Below are positions 1 through 12,593 of a stretch of DNA of 64,000 nt, one piece after another (the stretch's first letter is position 1; every line of letters begins with the position of its first letter). The DNA is taken from the NCBI RefSeq assembly GCF_041146345.1, contig NW_027191410.1:930001-994000 (forward strand), read 5' to 3'. The stretch comes from Neodothiora populina (Eukaryota). Under the pieces are notes generated by a model. The model was not told the origin of the DNA. It did no database searches and saw only the letters and a program-made list of their open reading frames with translations. The position numbers and the translations under genes were made by a program.

Positions 1-6
1 ACCACC

Positions 7-1434
7 ATGGCACTCACACCTTACGAGGCACCTGCGGCCGAGAAAGCAGAAGTGTTCGAGCCTCCGCCGCCGGTAGTGGTCACTCCTTGCGATCCCTGGC
101 CCCGACCATACTACCTAGAAGACGGTCTACGAAGGGTGCAGCCGTATCACTTCACCTACAACACCTGGTGCAAGCAGAGATGGAGGGGTCGGGAGATCCT
201 TGAGATCTTCGCAGACGAGTTTCGCGACAGACCGATTGAGTATTACGTATGTGATCTGACCTCGATGATGCCTGGCTAAGCACGGCGAGATGTGCAGTGG
301 TGCTGATATACTCAGAAAGATGCCATAGAACAAGGAGCAGTCTTGCTGAACAGCAAGCCTATACCGTCCATCCACCAGGTAGTCAAGAACGGCGACCTCG
401 TTTCGCATACCTTGCACCGACACGAGCCTCCGGTCACAGCACAGCCTATCGGTATCGTTCACGAAGACGACGACATCATTGTCATCAACAAGCCGGCTGG
501 ACTCCCCGTACATCCTTCTGGAAGATACAATTACAACAGCATCGTCGAAGTCATGAAGGCCGAGCGTGGCCACGGGTTCAAGCCCCTGCCCTGCAATCGC
601 CTCGACAGGTTGACCAGTGGAGTCATGTTCTTGGCCAAGCACAGGAAGGCGGCAGACAGCCTGACAGAACAGATCATGGCTAGGACAGTCAAGAAAGAGT
701 ACGTCGCAAGAGTCAAGGGTGAATTTCCAGAGGGGGAGATCGCTTGCGAGCAGCCCATCCTGCAGATCAGCCCGAAGCTGGGCTTGAACCGTGTCAGGGC
801 GAATGGCAAGGAGGCAAGAACAGTGTTCAAGAGACTCGCATATTACCCACCAAAGCCCAGGAAGGATGTGGACGACCCGCAGCGTGCGGACTCTCCGAAC
901 GCAGATGGCTATTCCATCGTTCGCTGCCGGCCATTGACAGGCCGGACTCACCAGCTGCGTGTCCATCTACAATTTTTGGGACATCCCATCTCGAATGATC
1001 CAATCTATGCGAACCAACGCGTATGGGGCCAGGAACTCGGCAAAGGTGATGCCGAGGCAGACAACGACGATGATATCATGACACGACTCTCCAAGATGGG
1101 CAAGGACGAAGTTGCCGAGGCAGTTGCATACCACGATGAAATGGTGGATGATTACAACAAGCGCAAGGCCGAAAAGCTCACCGGCGAAGTGTGCCAAATT
1201 TGTCAAACCCCCTTGTACAGCGATCCAGGAGAGCACGAACTGGGCATATACCTGCACGCAAGGAAGTACGCGGATGCAGGTGGTAAATGGTCATATGAGA
1301 CACCGCTACCGGACTGGGCACTGCCGCCCCCTGAATTTACAGGACCTAGCGAGCCAGGGCTGGAGTCGGACCCTCTAGCGATCGACATTTCCAAGCTTGG
1401 ACTTGAAGACCCAGCCAATATCGAAACAGCATAA
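7..1434 (+). CDS. RIB2: RluA-family tRNA pseudouridine synthase (RIB2/PUS9-like, no C-terminal deaminase domain); exons 7-246, 316-1434
   Basis: Motifs INKPAGLPVHP, CNRLDRLTSG (catalytic Asp) and TGRTHQLRVHL. Intron 247-315 (gtatgt..ctcag) joins two ORFs in frame, giving about 452 aa. Confidence 0.9.
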
Positions 1435-1500
1435 CCAGACAATCATGCCGTGTACGGATTTGGAAGCAGAGCAGAGGAATGCCCATCGTCAAGAGAAACA

Positions 1501-2199
1501 CTACTCCAGCAAACGTCTGCGCTCGTCAAGAGTGTCCTCGTCGTTGGCCTGACCCGAGAAGAGTTTCAGCTTCCACTTGCTACCACCTCTCCTCCACGCA
1601 CGCTCCGTGACGGTCCCGTCGTCGTTTTCGATACGCTCCCAGCCGTCCCAGGCTCCAAACCCCAGGATTCGCCATAACCACTGCAGGATCTGGGCCCTCC
1701 ATATGCCGTAACACAGCAGCATGGTGACAATGGTACATAGAATTGTCACAAGGATAGATAGAAGTGTCGTCGTCGAACAGCCGCATCCAAGAGCGCGTGT
1801 GCGGAGCTCCCAACGTTCGGCTTTCAGCGGACAAACGCTGCGCTTGAGGGGCTCGAGCAGTGACGAGGCCGGAATGCAGGTAGAAGACTAAGCGAGTGCA
1901 GGAGCAATATCAGTTCATCTGCACATGATGGGAATGCAGTAAGCCTGAGTTTTGCTTTGGCCGAATGGAACATTTCGCTGTCCATGGGCATCAAAGGCAA
2001 CAGTTCAAAGCGTTTGACACCAAACTCGAACAAATCGCATTACAAGGCCTCGTGAAGCCCTGTCAACAGCAAAGAACAATGGTAGACCTACCTGAGGACA
2101 CCATCCGCACCCAGCATTACTCCTCAAACAATTATAGCAGTCCTGTATGCGCCAGCAAGCTGCTAAGCGATCGCCATTACTCGTAGTCATCATGGACAT
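1501..2199 (-). CDS. Small Cys-rich (PSI-like) single-pass membrane protein; exons 2199-2092, 1887-1501
   Basis: CWRIQDCYNC..CGWCPQ joins in frame through intron 2091-1888 (gtaggt..cttag) to SSTCIP..CPLKAERWELRTRALGCGCST, followed by a hydrophobic segment. Confidence 0.7.
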
Positions 2200-2704
2200 T
2201 AGATGGATCCGGTCAAAGTAGAAACGATGATACAATCAACAGCGAAAGTATAGATAGCGAAGATAGAACAAGCAGCCTCCGATAGAGTATACCTCAGATG
2301 AGTGACGTCGAACGAGATAGATGAAAGACCAAAGTTATACTGGTGCCATGAATGAGACTGGTTCTCAGGGGAATCGCTACTCGGTCGAAACGTTGGCTAG
2401 TGGAAGAAGATATGTACGCCGGACGCATACATGTTTACTGCGTGAAGCACGAAGCATGATGCTCACAGATCGTGGTTCTCTGCTGACCATCGGAGCTGAG
2501 GAGTAACTACCTTAACCCCGAGCGCAGCATTTCCTGACCTTATTCGAGCCGGGCATTGGCTGGAGACACGACGGGACGGCACATGCCGCAGCCAAAGCCA
2601 GCAGCCCAGACACAACCATCAATGCAAGTCCAGCTTCACCAAGAGAGGAACTGATTCACTCGGGTCGAACCTCTACTACAACCTCAACAACACAAAGAAC
2701 AACA

Positions 2705-3666
2705 ATGCTGGCAGCAGGAGCACCAGCAGCGCGCTTCAGCGCCCGCGTCTTCCGCCCCACCTACCGCTCCTTCACCTCGTCTTCCATCCGCCGCATCAGC
2801 GACAACCCCATCCCGGCCAACGACCCCGGCAGCAAGACGCCGCCTTCGCCCGTCAGCGCCACCAATGCCACGCCCACCAGCTCCCAGGGAAGCTTCGACT
2901 CTGCTCTGCAGGAGAGCGTCGAGGAGGGAGAGAAGAAGCGTGTGATGCAGGCGCCTAACAGAGCCACTGTTTGGAGCAGGAGCCAGCAGGAGAGGAGCAA
3001 GGCCATGGTTGGTCCCAGGTTCGAGCAGACCATTATGGAGGAGCAGGTATGAGACCTCTTTCTTGCTTCCGGTTTTCTTTCTTCCTGAATCTGTTCTTGC
3101 CAATTGAGCCAATTTACCGGTTCACGGATCGAGCGATACGAAGAACAACATGCAATCGCGAGGTTGTGTGAGAAGAAGCAAGAACAACAGAAAATCAAGA
3201 GGAAGAACCATTCAGTTAGAAATGCCATTGTAAAACGAACACCAGCGATTGACATGTTTTCCCCCTCTACAGCCTCGTCCTTATGCCGCCATCGACCTCA
3301 TTCACAAGCAACCCGTGCGCTGGATCAAGGACCGCGCAGTCTCCTGCGACGGCGGCGGTGGTCCCCTCGGCCACCCCAGAATCTTCATCAACCTCGACAA
3401 GCCCCAGATCTGCGCCTGCACATACTGCGGAGTCCCATACGTAAGTTTCCAGCCAGCTGCATTCATGCAGATGAACGAAACACATATGACAGTGGACTCT
3501 ACCCGTACTTTTTATACTGATGCTTTGGATACCACAGGCCAAGGAAGCAAACAGGAAACACATCGAAGCTCTCCCCTTCCACTCTTACCCTCTCGAGCCA
3601 ACGGGAGACCCGGCCGAGGTTCCCTTCAACCAGAGCAACACCGGCAAGCCCCTCGAGCAGCGATAG
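2705..3666 (+). CDS. NDUFS6: NADH:ubiquinone oxidoreductase zinc-finger (zf-CHCC) accessory subunit NDUFS6/NUMM; exons 2705-3046, 3273-3440, 3538-3666
   Basis: Mitochondrial presequence, QAPNRATVWSRSQ, and CDGGGGPLGHPRIFINLDKPQICACTYCG. Both introns are canonical and keep frame. Confidence 0.93.
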
Positions 3667-4195
3667 ACATTAATCGTTCATCACAGCATTAAAGTCTTGC
3701 TCCCCTTTCTCCTTTTGACCATCGCATGTTCGCACGTTGTATATAACCCACCCGAGAGCTGTATACCAACGCTTTTTGGAAAATTCATATCACCAAAAAT
3801 ATTCGAGTGTATTGTTCACAGTTGACGAATTGGCAATCTTCTTCGTTATAGATGGGTTTATGCGTTTTCCTACCTCGGACTGTCCTCTGGGCATGGTTCG
3901 CTTGACCATTTGCGAAAAGAGCCAAGCAGCGCTCGTGATCACAAAGTCCTGACTTTAGGCCGACACAGAACACAGATTATACTGTTTCAATGTGTTGTAC
4001 CTTAGTTTCACTGAGTGCACAGCACAGATCATATTCAGTTTCATATTGTCATCACCACATCTCAGCCGCTCCTATTCTACAAGGACTTCCCGTCGGCCAG
4101 CCGACATCCATCCACTCATCCACATGACCTCCTTCCTTCTGCTCCCTCCTCTCCTAACCATAACCTCATAACTTTCCCATCCGCGTCAAGCAAGA

Positions 4196-4714
4196 TCAAG
4201 CCTTCTCCCCCTGCACAGTAGCCACGATCTTCCTCGAGTGCTTACTCTGCCTAAACTCCAAGTACCAAATGCCCTGCCACGTGCCAGTGTTCAGACGTCC
4301 ATTCGTGATGGGCACGGAGACGCTGGCGCCGACGAGCGCAGACTTGATGTGGGCCGGCATGTCGTCGAGTCCCTCGGCGCTGTGGCGGTAGAGATTGCCC
4401 TTCCTGTCCTCTGGCGCGATGCGGTCCAGCGCGTCGGACATGTCTTCTCTGTTTTTTCGTTAGTCTTTCCGTGCAGCTTTCCCGCGTATCGCAAAACAAC
4501 GTAGACAGGGGAAGAAGAGGCCGAAAACGCACCTGACATCACTGTCCCAGTTCTCGTTCAACGACAGCGCGCACGATGTGTGCTGCACGAATAAATGCAG
4601 CAGCCCGACCTTGAACTGCTTGATCTCCGGCACGTTCTTGACGACTTCCTCGTCGATGAGGTATGAGCCGCGCGACTTGGGCGCCAGCGTGAAGGTCTTT
4701 TGCATCCAGGACAT
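4196..4714 (-). CDS. YjbQ/UPF0047 family protein; exons 4714-4533, 4448-4196
   Basis: Motifs [32 protein letters not shown] and GTWQGIW. Intron gtgcgt..ctaac..acag. Confidence 0.9.
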
Positions 4715-6048
4715 GGTGTTTGTGTTTGGCCCTTCTTGGTCCGCAGGGTTTGCTGTGGAAGTGGGTGTTGTGCCGGTGGTGCAGCAACAGTAGGAAGACG
4801 AAGCAGTGCTCAAGATATCGCTGGTAGGAGCAGTGCTGGTGGGGTTACTGAAGATATAAGCCAGCGGCAACAGAGGCAGACGCAGCAGAGAGTTGAACAC
4901 GGCAGGAAAGAAAGCGAGGATGAAGATTATGAGAAAGATGACTGTGTTGTTTGGTGTTACTGTATACGGCATTCAGTTGTTCACTTTCTTCTTTTATGAG
5001 ATTTGCTTGCTTCGGAGATACTACTGTAATGACGATTTCGGGGAGTGGGGTGCGCAGCATCGCTCATTATTCATTCGTTCGTTCATACGTTCGAGTGTTA
5101 CTACTGCTGTTTACAGGGGGCATACGTCACACCTATTCGGAGACTCGGAGCTTTGTAGAGGAACTTGGTGGGGTTTTTACTGCTGGTTAGTTGGCCAGTG
5201 TGCTTTACCGCAGGTACAGTAATCGTCAAAGGACCGACTGCTGAGCTGAGCCGAGCCGAAAAATCCATATAAATTGCGCTTTCACACCCGACGTCCACAT
5301 TGAACATTGTTTGTATCCAGCCACAACAGCGTGCAGAACAGACATGGCTGGCTGGATCCGGTCTATTCCTCTATATGCGCCGGTGCTACAGCTCGCATCT
5401 TGGGATTGACACATGGGAAAGCCAGTTCAGCATTCGTGCAACGAATAAGAAATAGTGAGTTTAATCTTTTCCACTGGACTTGTTATCACAACAAGCAAAC
5501 AACAAAAAAATAAAACATCTACTACAATGATGATGACGTTTGAATTCACGTTTCCTATTACCTGACAGGTCATGGAGATTGAATCCCTCCCGCCTGGTTG
5601 CTGTCCAATTATTAGCTCTATCTGATATGTATCATGTTGTCTTGATTGTTGTACCCAACTACGAAATTGAGTTGTTGAGTATGATTGCTGACTGCATTTC
5701 AGATTCGTGTAGAGTACTCTTCGTCTATCTAGCCGGTGATACCGGATCGTAGACACCACACTGGCTCGTGGTTACGGTAGCCGAGACCAGCGTTTCTCAG
5801 AGGAAGAGTCCCCCTTGCTACATCGAGCCTGTCGCTCCGTCTGCATACCCCACTAATAGCATTATTCTTTCCCAATCCAGAAAGCAGTTGAGTGACCTGG
5901 TGTCGGTCTGGCCTTGCGACGAATGTACGTTGTCCTCGATGCCGATACATAATACCCTGGTACATTGCTCTCGTCTGTGTAGCATCGCCTTCTTCAATAC
6001 CTCGCCCGTAGTTCGTTCAATCTGCACCCGATCAAAAGAAAAAGGCTT

Positions 6049-7217
6049 TCACTTCTTGCACCTCTTCTTCTGCCCACTGTCCTCTCTGGCCCTCACAAAG
6101 TAAGCATTGCCATACCTCGGGTCAATCTTCCACACTCCCTTGCCCAGACCACCACTGTCAATAGCATAAAAAGTTCTCAGCGTATTGCTTCCATCAGTCT
6201 CAATGACCCAGAAAAGCTGGTCGGGCTTGACATCCTTGGGAACCACGCTATTGAAACAGTAGAGGTGCTCACTGACGGCGATCTTGATGTTGTCCTCGTC
6301 GACTTGCTTCTTCGTGCGCCCGACCCAGACCTTGCGGCTTGGCTTCTCCACGGTCTTCGTTCCTCCCTTGCCGTGTGCGGACGTAGTGACCGCAGACTTT
6401 ACCCTTGCCGCCCGCGCAACGGGGACTGCATGATTGGGCATCGCGTAGCCGTACGCGTAAAGGGTATGTGCGGCATACACCATGACTGGGTGCGAGACGA
6501 CAGGTGCGAGCGCAACAGTGCGCTGCTTCGTAGGCCTGGCCGAAGCAGTGGTAGTGCAGCGCTTCTCGTCCTCGGTCACCGGCACGGGCATCTGTAGTGG
6601 GAAGTAAGCATATGCGTTCTGGGGTGAGTAAGCAAATGCGACGACGGGCTTAATGGGCAAAAATGGTAAGCGATTTGGACTTTTTCTTTCTTTATTGTTC
6701 TTCATGGACATGTCTGCGAACCTGTGCGTCTCTAGCGGGATCAGGCTCTCTCCTCGCAACGTATTTATAAATATGGTCGCTGTTGTCGTCGTTGCTTTCT
6801 GCCACGCTGCTGCTTCTAGTGGATTCAGAAGGCGCGACAGCGACCTCCTCCTCTTCCTCGACGTCTTTCTCGCGACAGCAGCAGTCTGCGTACGCGAATG
6901 TTTCAGCAGTCTCCATGACGAAACACAAATCGACTTCTGGATGCAGCGACTGCCTTACAGCCGTACCTGTGTACGACGACAAAAAAAAATGGGGATATAG
7001 TACAGAAAAGGGAAGGTCGGGGTGGAATGCAGCGTGCAGGCGAAAACCCCAAACAGGAAGTTACGCGTGCGTACAAAGGACTCACCTTGTCAGGCCTCCT
7101 CACCCTCACATGGCTTGGTCTCGGGGAAGGAGGCGGTGTTTCCTCCATCCAGATGTCGACAAAGGGCGTGCATGGCAGGCAGGCGGATACTGATGGGATC
7201 AAGCTTGGGATACACAT
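6049..7217 (-). CDS. Hypothetical fungal protein; 5' exon structure uncertain
   Basis: The 3' ORF looks coding (WVGRTKKQVDEDN..FWVIETDGSNTLRT..GVWKIDPRYGNAYFVR). Upstream same-strand ORFs at 7217-7086 and about 6950-6722 end at donor-like sites (gtgagt, gttcgc). Confidence 0.5.
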
Positions 7218-7413
7218 TGTGGGATTTGCTCGGTGGTATATGGATTGATGAGGGGGGTGTCTGTATCTGATACGTAGAGTTGAAAGTCGGAAATGCGTGT
7301 GATGTGTCTAGTGCTTGTACGGCGCATGTGTGCGCACGCTGAAGTGTTGGCGCCTCTGTGACACAACTTAAGTGTCACGATGCCAACGAACACACCTTTT
7401 CAGTCCAAGTCAT

Positions 7414-7445
7414 GACCCTAGAACAAGGCGACCCTAGAACAAGGC
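7414..7445. repeat. 16-bp tandem duplication (GACCCTAGAACAAGGC)x2
   Basis: Seen directly in the sequence. Confidence 0.9.
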
Positions 7446-7900
7446 AACGTGCGGTAGTGTCTGCCGAGGTCAAGCAAACTACAGACAAGTATAACAGAAC
7501 CCTTGGGTATCAACAATCACATATCTTTCGCACATTTGCAGATATAGGATTGACATGCGGAAAATTAACCGCTCAATTCTCGTCTTGAAGGATGCCGTGC
7601 ACGCTATGCTAACAAGTAATGGCGCTAGAATACTTTTGCTGATGGCTAGGCGCCCTAGGCCGTCCTACCTTGACCTGATGAGAAGAAATAAAAATCTCCT
7701 GCCGGCCGGGTCATAATTCATCTTTTGCTTCGTCCAAAATGTACTTGCTCTTGGTCTTTTGCCATCTCTCATCTACCTTAGGCATGGTCGATATCCACTG
7801 CTCGAGAAACTTCATACGTGCCAACTTTGCAGGCCCGTAGTGCATAGCAATTAGTCTGTCTCTTTCCGCCGTCGCAAGACGGTGAGCAAGTGATCCAGTC

Positions 7901-10900
7901 TTAACGATCCTTTTCCTTCAATTCCTCCTCTGCTGCCTTGATCACGGCCGGCATTTCTTTCTTGGTCCATTCCCAGAATTCGCTCCAGGCCCTGTTCGTC
8001 TCTGCACTGGTCTCCTGGGGGAAGTTCTTGTTCAGCAGGATGCTCACCTTGCAAATGGCCTTGTTGTGCTCGCCAAGCTTTTCTAGCTCTTGCTTGACAG
8101 CATTGTCCTTCGGCTTGAAAACAAGAACTGTACGGAAGGCGGTGGCGACATCCGTAAGACGTCGAACCGACTCTTCGGGAACGAGAGAGATCATCTTGGT
8201 CAACATCAAACAGCAGAGGATTTTGATCTCGTGTTCATCACCGATGCCCGCGATGACTCGATCGTAGAAGGCTGAAATGGAGATCCTTGTGAATGTCGTC
8301 TCCATCAGGGCATAGAGCGTCTCATAAGCAGACTTGCGGAGCTCTAGACCATCATCGACCTTGTGCTTGAAGGGACCCATGGCAACCTCACGTATGAGTT
8401 CTGGTCGAGGCGTTGTTTCGGCCATGACCAACGGAAGCAGAGTGTCGAGGTTGGGGAACACAAGATCGGGCTTGTTGTGGACAGCTGAATTGAATGTTGT
8501 AAGAGCCATACGGCGGTTGTTGAGGTCGCTGTCACTCAACATGGAAGCAAGCATCGGGGCTATGCTTGGCTGGAGATGAATGTCGTAGGACGGCTCCGTT
8601 TCTGAGAAGGTGTAGCGTAGAGCATTAATAACCATTCCTCGGACCCTAGCTTTGGGATCATCAAGGTATGCCTGTATTGAGGAATTAGTCGGGTTACAAC
8701 ATAACGATGATAAAAGAGATAACATACCTGGAGCTGTGGGATATAGGCCGCAGGATCAATGGTAGCCAATCGTCCCATGCACTCAGCACCAACAACCTTG
8801 TTGTCTTCAAGCTGGGAGGCAGCAATGATCTGGTCCCACAAAGGCTTTGTGTATTCAACGAGAGCGGCTTCGGCGTTGCCATGCTGCAGCAGCTCCTTGA
8901 CAGAGTGGAGCAACAAGTACTGCTTTCCTTGATCCATCAAAGACAGGATCTGTGGTAAGAACTTGCCGACATTTCCTGCTGCTGCACGTCCCAGCGCTAC
9001 TGCGGCTGCTAACGGTAACTTCTCCGACTCCACCGAGAAGTATGCGGTAAATGTATCAAGATCGAGGGGGAAAGACGACCCCATACGCAGTCCACTCTCA
9101 CCAAGGACGTAGAGAGCAAGGCATTTGCGCTTATCATCCGTCGCAGTCTTCAGCTCCGCGGTAAAGTCTTGTAGCTGTACACCCACCGAGTCGCCGCCAG
9201 CGACGAGCAAGGTTCCGATGACTTGTCCAACAAGCTCAGGGTTGCCATTGACGCCGACATCAGCGAGCAGAGCTTTCATCAAGTCCTTGCCCGCTCCTTT
9301 CTTGCCGACAATGTGAATAGACTCAAGCAAAGCGTCCAGGGCGTGACCGCCGACATCCATCTTACAGACAAAACAGTACGCACGGATGACTTCAGCGTCC
9401 AGGACTAATTGCGGACGATCATTGGCAAAAGTACCTAAGATGATGAGAGCAGGCCCGATCAGGTGAAGGTCCTTGTCGACCAAGATCAAAGGCAGCAAGA
9501 GCTGGATGATTTTCGATATGCCATCGTCATCTAGATTCTCACGGCATGCCGGATTTGTGGCGATACGCTTGAGAGCGGACAAGCTTGATCCCCGTAATGA
9601 TCTACTGGCCTTTCTCAGCTGAGCACCCAGCTCCAGAGAGACCTCTTGAACCCATGCAGGTTCGAATTCTTTTCCGCTTGTGGCAAGGAAGGCTATCGTA
9701 TCAATAGCCCGGACGGACGCCAAGCGGGTGAGCTCGTTCTTCAGACGTTCCGCCACTAAGCGAAGGCCTTCAAATCTGCTTGCCTGATCTAACAAGGCCG
9801 AGCCCTGGCTACCAGACGTTCGACCAATGAGAAGACCCAGGGCTTGAATAGCCTTCTGGCGCACCTCTGTATCTGTGTCGGAGGCCTGGATGCGTTCGGA
9901 GATGACCTGATACATCTGCAAAAGGTATTGCCCGTTCGATGCTTTGGTGCCGGCAGAGCGTGGTGGTGTGAGAGCCTTTATGTATACATCAATGGTATCG
10001 AAAGCTTCCGTAGCCACCTTGCTGAACTTTTCCCGGGCCACCGCGATCAACGACGGGATTATCTTGTTGAGATATGGTTCGAGAAGACGGGACGAGTGAG
10101 TCTCGGCAACAACCCTGAGGAGGCGAAGTGTCTCTATGCGGAGGGTATTTGTTGTAACGGAATTGCTTCCGACTGTGGTGGTAGTGAACTTCATAGCGTC
10201 TAGGACCGAGTCGATGACAGATTCAGCGCGATCCGTCAAGCCACCATGCTGAGCAGTCACAAGGTCGGTGAGCAGACGGACGGCGGCGTGCTTTGTGGGG
10301 ATTGGGCTGGTTTTCAATAGTCTAGAAGCACCTTTGACAATATCTGGATTTACTTTAGCAAGGCTAGCCTGCGAAGCATTCTGAGGTGGTGGAGTGGTAG
10401 GTGAAGCGTAGCCATTGGACATGGCAAGTTCGCGGCGAATGTTGGCCGGGTTGTTGACAACGTCACTGCTTCCACGTCTTCGCTTGCGGCTGAGGACTGG
10501 GGCACCCGTAGTCGTGGAGTTTCTACGCAGAGTGGACGCCGCAGACACGTTCTCGCCAGTCCTCTTGATGAGGAAGGCAAGAGACGCGAGGACCTCCAAT
10601 CGCACACTTTCTTCGCGCTCCTGGAAGCGGGAGATGAGTGCAGGGGCTACTCGAGCATACAATGTACTGCTCTCGAGCAGATCAGCACCGCTCTTTGACG
10701 CGATAAGTGTATTAATGAGCTTGGCCGCGCATCGTCTCACTTTCCAGCTCACGTCGTCCTCGTCGTCAAAGCCGGTCTCTTCCTCAAAGTCCTCATCGGC
10801 CTCGAACTCGTCATCGCTATCGTCTTCGGTCGGCTCGTCCATGTCATCATCCTCGTCGGCAGCATAGTTGGGGTCGTACTTGAGGAATCGCAGGGAAGCA

Positions 10901-11967
10901 TCGATGACATCGTCGTGGAAGGCGTCCATGTCCTGGGGGCAAGCTGCCATGAATGCGTCAAGTGCGATGAGAGCTGCTTCGCGGACTTCCTCCACCTGGG
11001 GATCTCTAGCATCATCAGACTCGGCCATTGCCTCCATCTGCTGTTCCAACTCTAGCTGGCTGAGTGGTGCAAGGACGAAGGGGGTCAAGGTCTTCAGGTA
11101 TGGGCCGAATTTGCGAGGAATAGACTTGACGATTGAGGCGTAGATGGTCAGGTATAGTCTGCGGTGGGCCGAAGTCAAGTGGGGTTGGCGCAGGGCTTCG
11201 ATGGAATGCGAGACAAAGGTCGAAAGGAGTGCATCGGAAAGATATGGCGCCAGGGCAGAAAGAGCGGCGACAGCCTTCTTCTTCATGACAGAGCCACAGC
11301 GAGGACTCTCGAGCACTTGGACGGTGATTTGTTCCAGAGCTTCCACCTCAGCCTCCTGCAGCATTGGTCCGAAGCACCTTGCCACCTCGATCAACACATC
11401 CAAGGCGTTGCTGTCGACGCCAGTCTGCATCTCGACAGCAAGCATGCCCCGTGGCGGTGGTGGCAGAGTCTTACCCTGCGGCAGAGGCATGACAATGCGG
11501 CCGACGAGGCGTGGGATCAGGGCTCGACTGACAGCGGAATACGCCTGCTCGACCTTCTCGCTCCTCGGAACTCCTGGGACTGGACGAGGCAGAGCAACGA
11601 CTATAGCTCTGACGGCCAGTGCTGGGATCGAGTTGTCGACAGTGTTGCTGGTGCTGAGGTTGGACACTTTATCGAACAGCGGGCAAAGGATTGCATCAGC
11701 GCAGCGATTGACGAACGGTCCCAGGCATTTGATTGCCATGTTTTGTACATCGCCGTTGCCATCGTTCAGAGTGAGAAGCAGGCCTTCGACCACACGCGCA
11801 CATACTTGATAGTCGTGGGAGATGAAGGTGGGACCGCCGACTGTGAGGATCTGATTCAAGTCATTCAAGGACATGAATCTGATGTCTGGATCGTGATCCC
11901 GTAATTTGGGTAACAGGCTGGCGACATTGTGCGGCGTGGGATTTTGTGGGATCGCAGCTGTGGTCAT
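7901..11967 (-). CDS. CAND1: Cullin-associated NEDD8-dissociated protein 1 (HEAT repeats, TIP120 C-terminus); exons 11967-8728, 8671-7901
   Basis: N-terminal DPDIRFMSLNDL, DDEDDVSWKVRRCAAK, and C-terminal MGPFKHKVDDGLELRKSAYETLY. One intron; about 1336 aa. Confidence 0.95.
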
Positions 11968-12410
11968 GTTGAAAGAGCGAGCTCTATGCGAGAGCTGCAC
12001 TTGAATTTGAAGACCTTCTGCAAATGAAAGAGATGGTGGTTAGAGAGGAGAATGACTGCCTGCACCAGACGGTGTGTCCAGCAGTGTTTGTCTCAATGCA
12101 ATGCAGGTTGGCGAATGTAGAGGTAAAGGCGAAACGTCAGCAGCAGGAATGGAGTGAGATAATCTGATGCAGATACAACTATTCAATCTTTAGTTCGCTC
12201 GTCGAAGAAGTGAGAAGTAGTGCTCTCCGTACTTTGCACCAGAGCAGGAACGTTATGATACTGTGTTATTCTACCTTATCAGGCTACAGGCTACAATGTG
12301 CTGCCACAGAAGGAAAGAGTTGATGGCGGGGTTAAGAGGACGAGTGAGTGATGCCATACCAGTAATTTACAGTACTCTACAAAGCACTGTATTGTATTTT
12401 ACCGTCACTG

Positions 12411-12458
12411 CTCCAAACTCCAAGCTCCAAGCTCCAAGCTCCAAGCTCCAAGCTCAAG
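12411..12458. repeat. Heptamer tandem repeat (CTCCAAG)~6-7
   Basis: Seen directly in the divergent promoter upstream of CAND1. Confidence 0.9.
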
Positions 12459-12548
12459 GGCAACAACTAAGGTACAGAACCTACAGTAGGGAGGATTAAC
12501 CTTGGACCAAGGACTCTTTCTTGCCCTGTTGGGTGTAAGAAGCCGGAA

Positions 12549-12593
12549 AGTACAGTACAGTACAGTACAGTACAGTACAGTACAGTACAGTAC
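12549..12593. repeat. Pentamer microsatellite (AGTAC)9
   Basis: Seen directly; it forms overlapping TACAGTA motifs. Confidence 0.95.

Noticed and set aside
2661..2672. B-box/T-loop-like GGTTCGACCC on the minus strand
   Set aside because: No T-stem, acceptor stem or A-box around it, so it is not a tRNA.
5221..5460. Possible TPP riboswitch upstream of the thiamine-linked YjbQ gene
   Set aside because: CTGAG is present but the remaining conserved TPP aptamer elements were not found on either strand.
12549..12593. Regular repeats as a CRISPR-like array
   Set aside because: Simple microsatellites without spacers in a eukaryotic genome.
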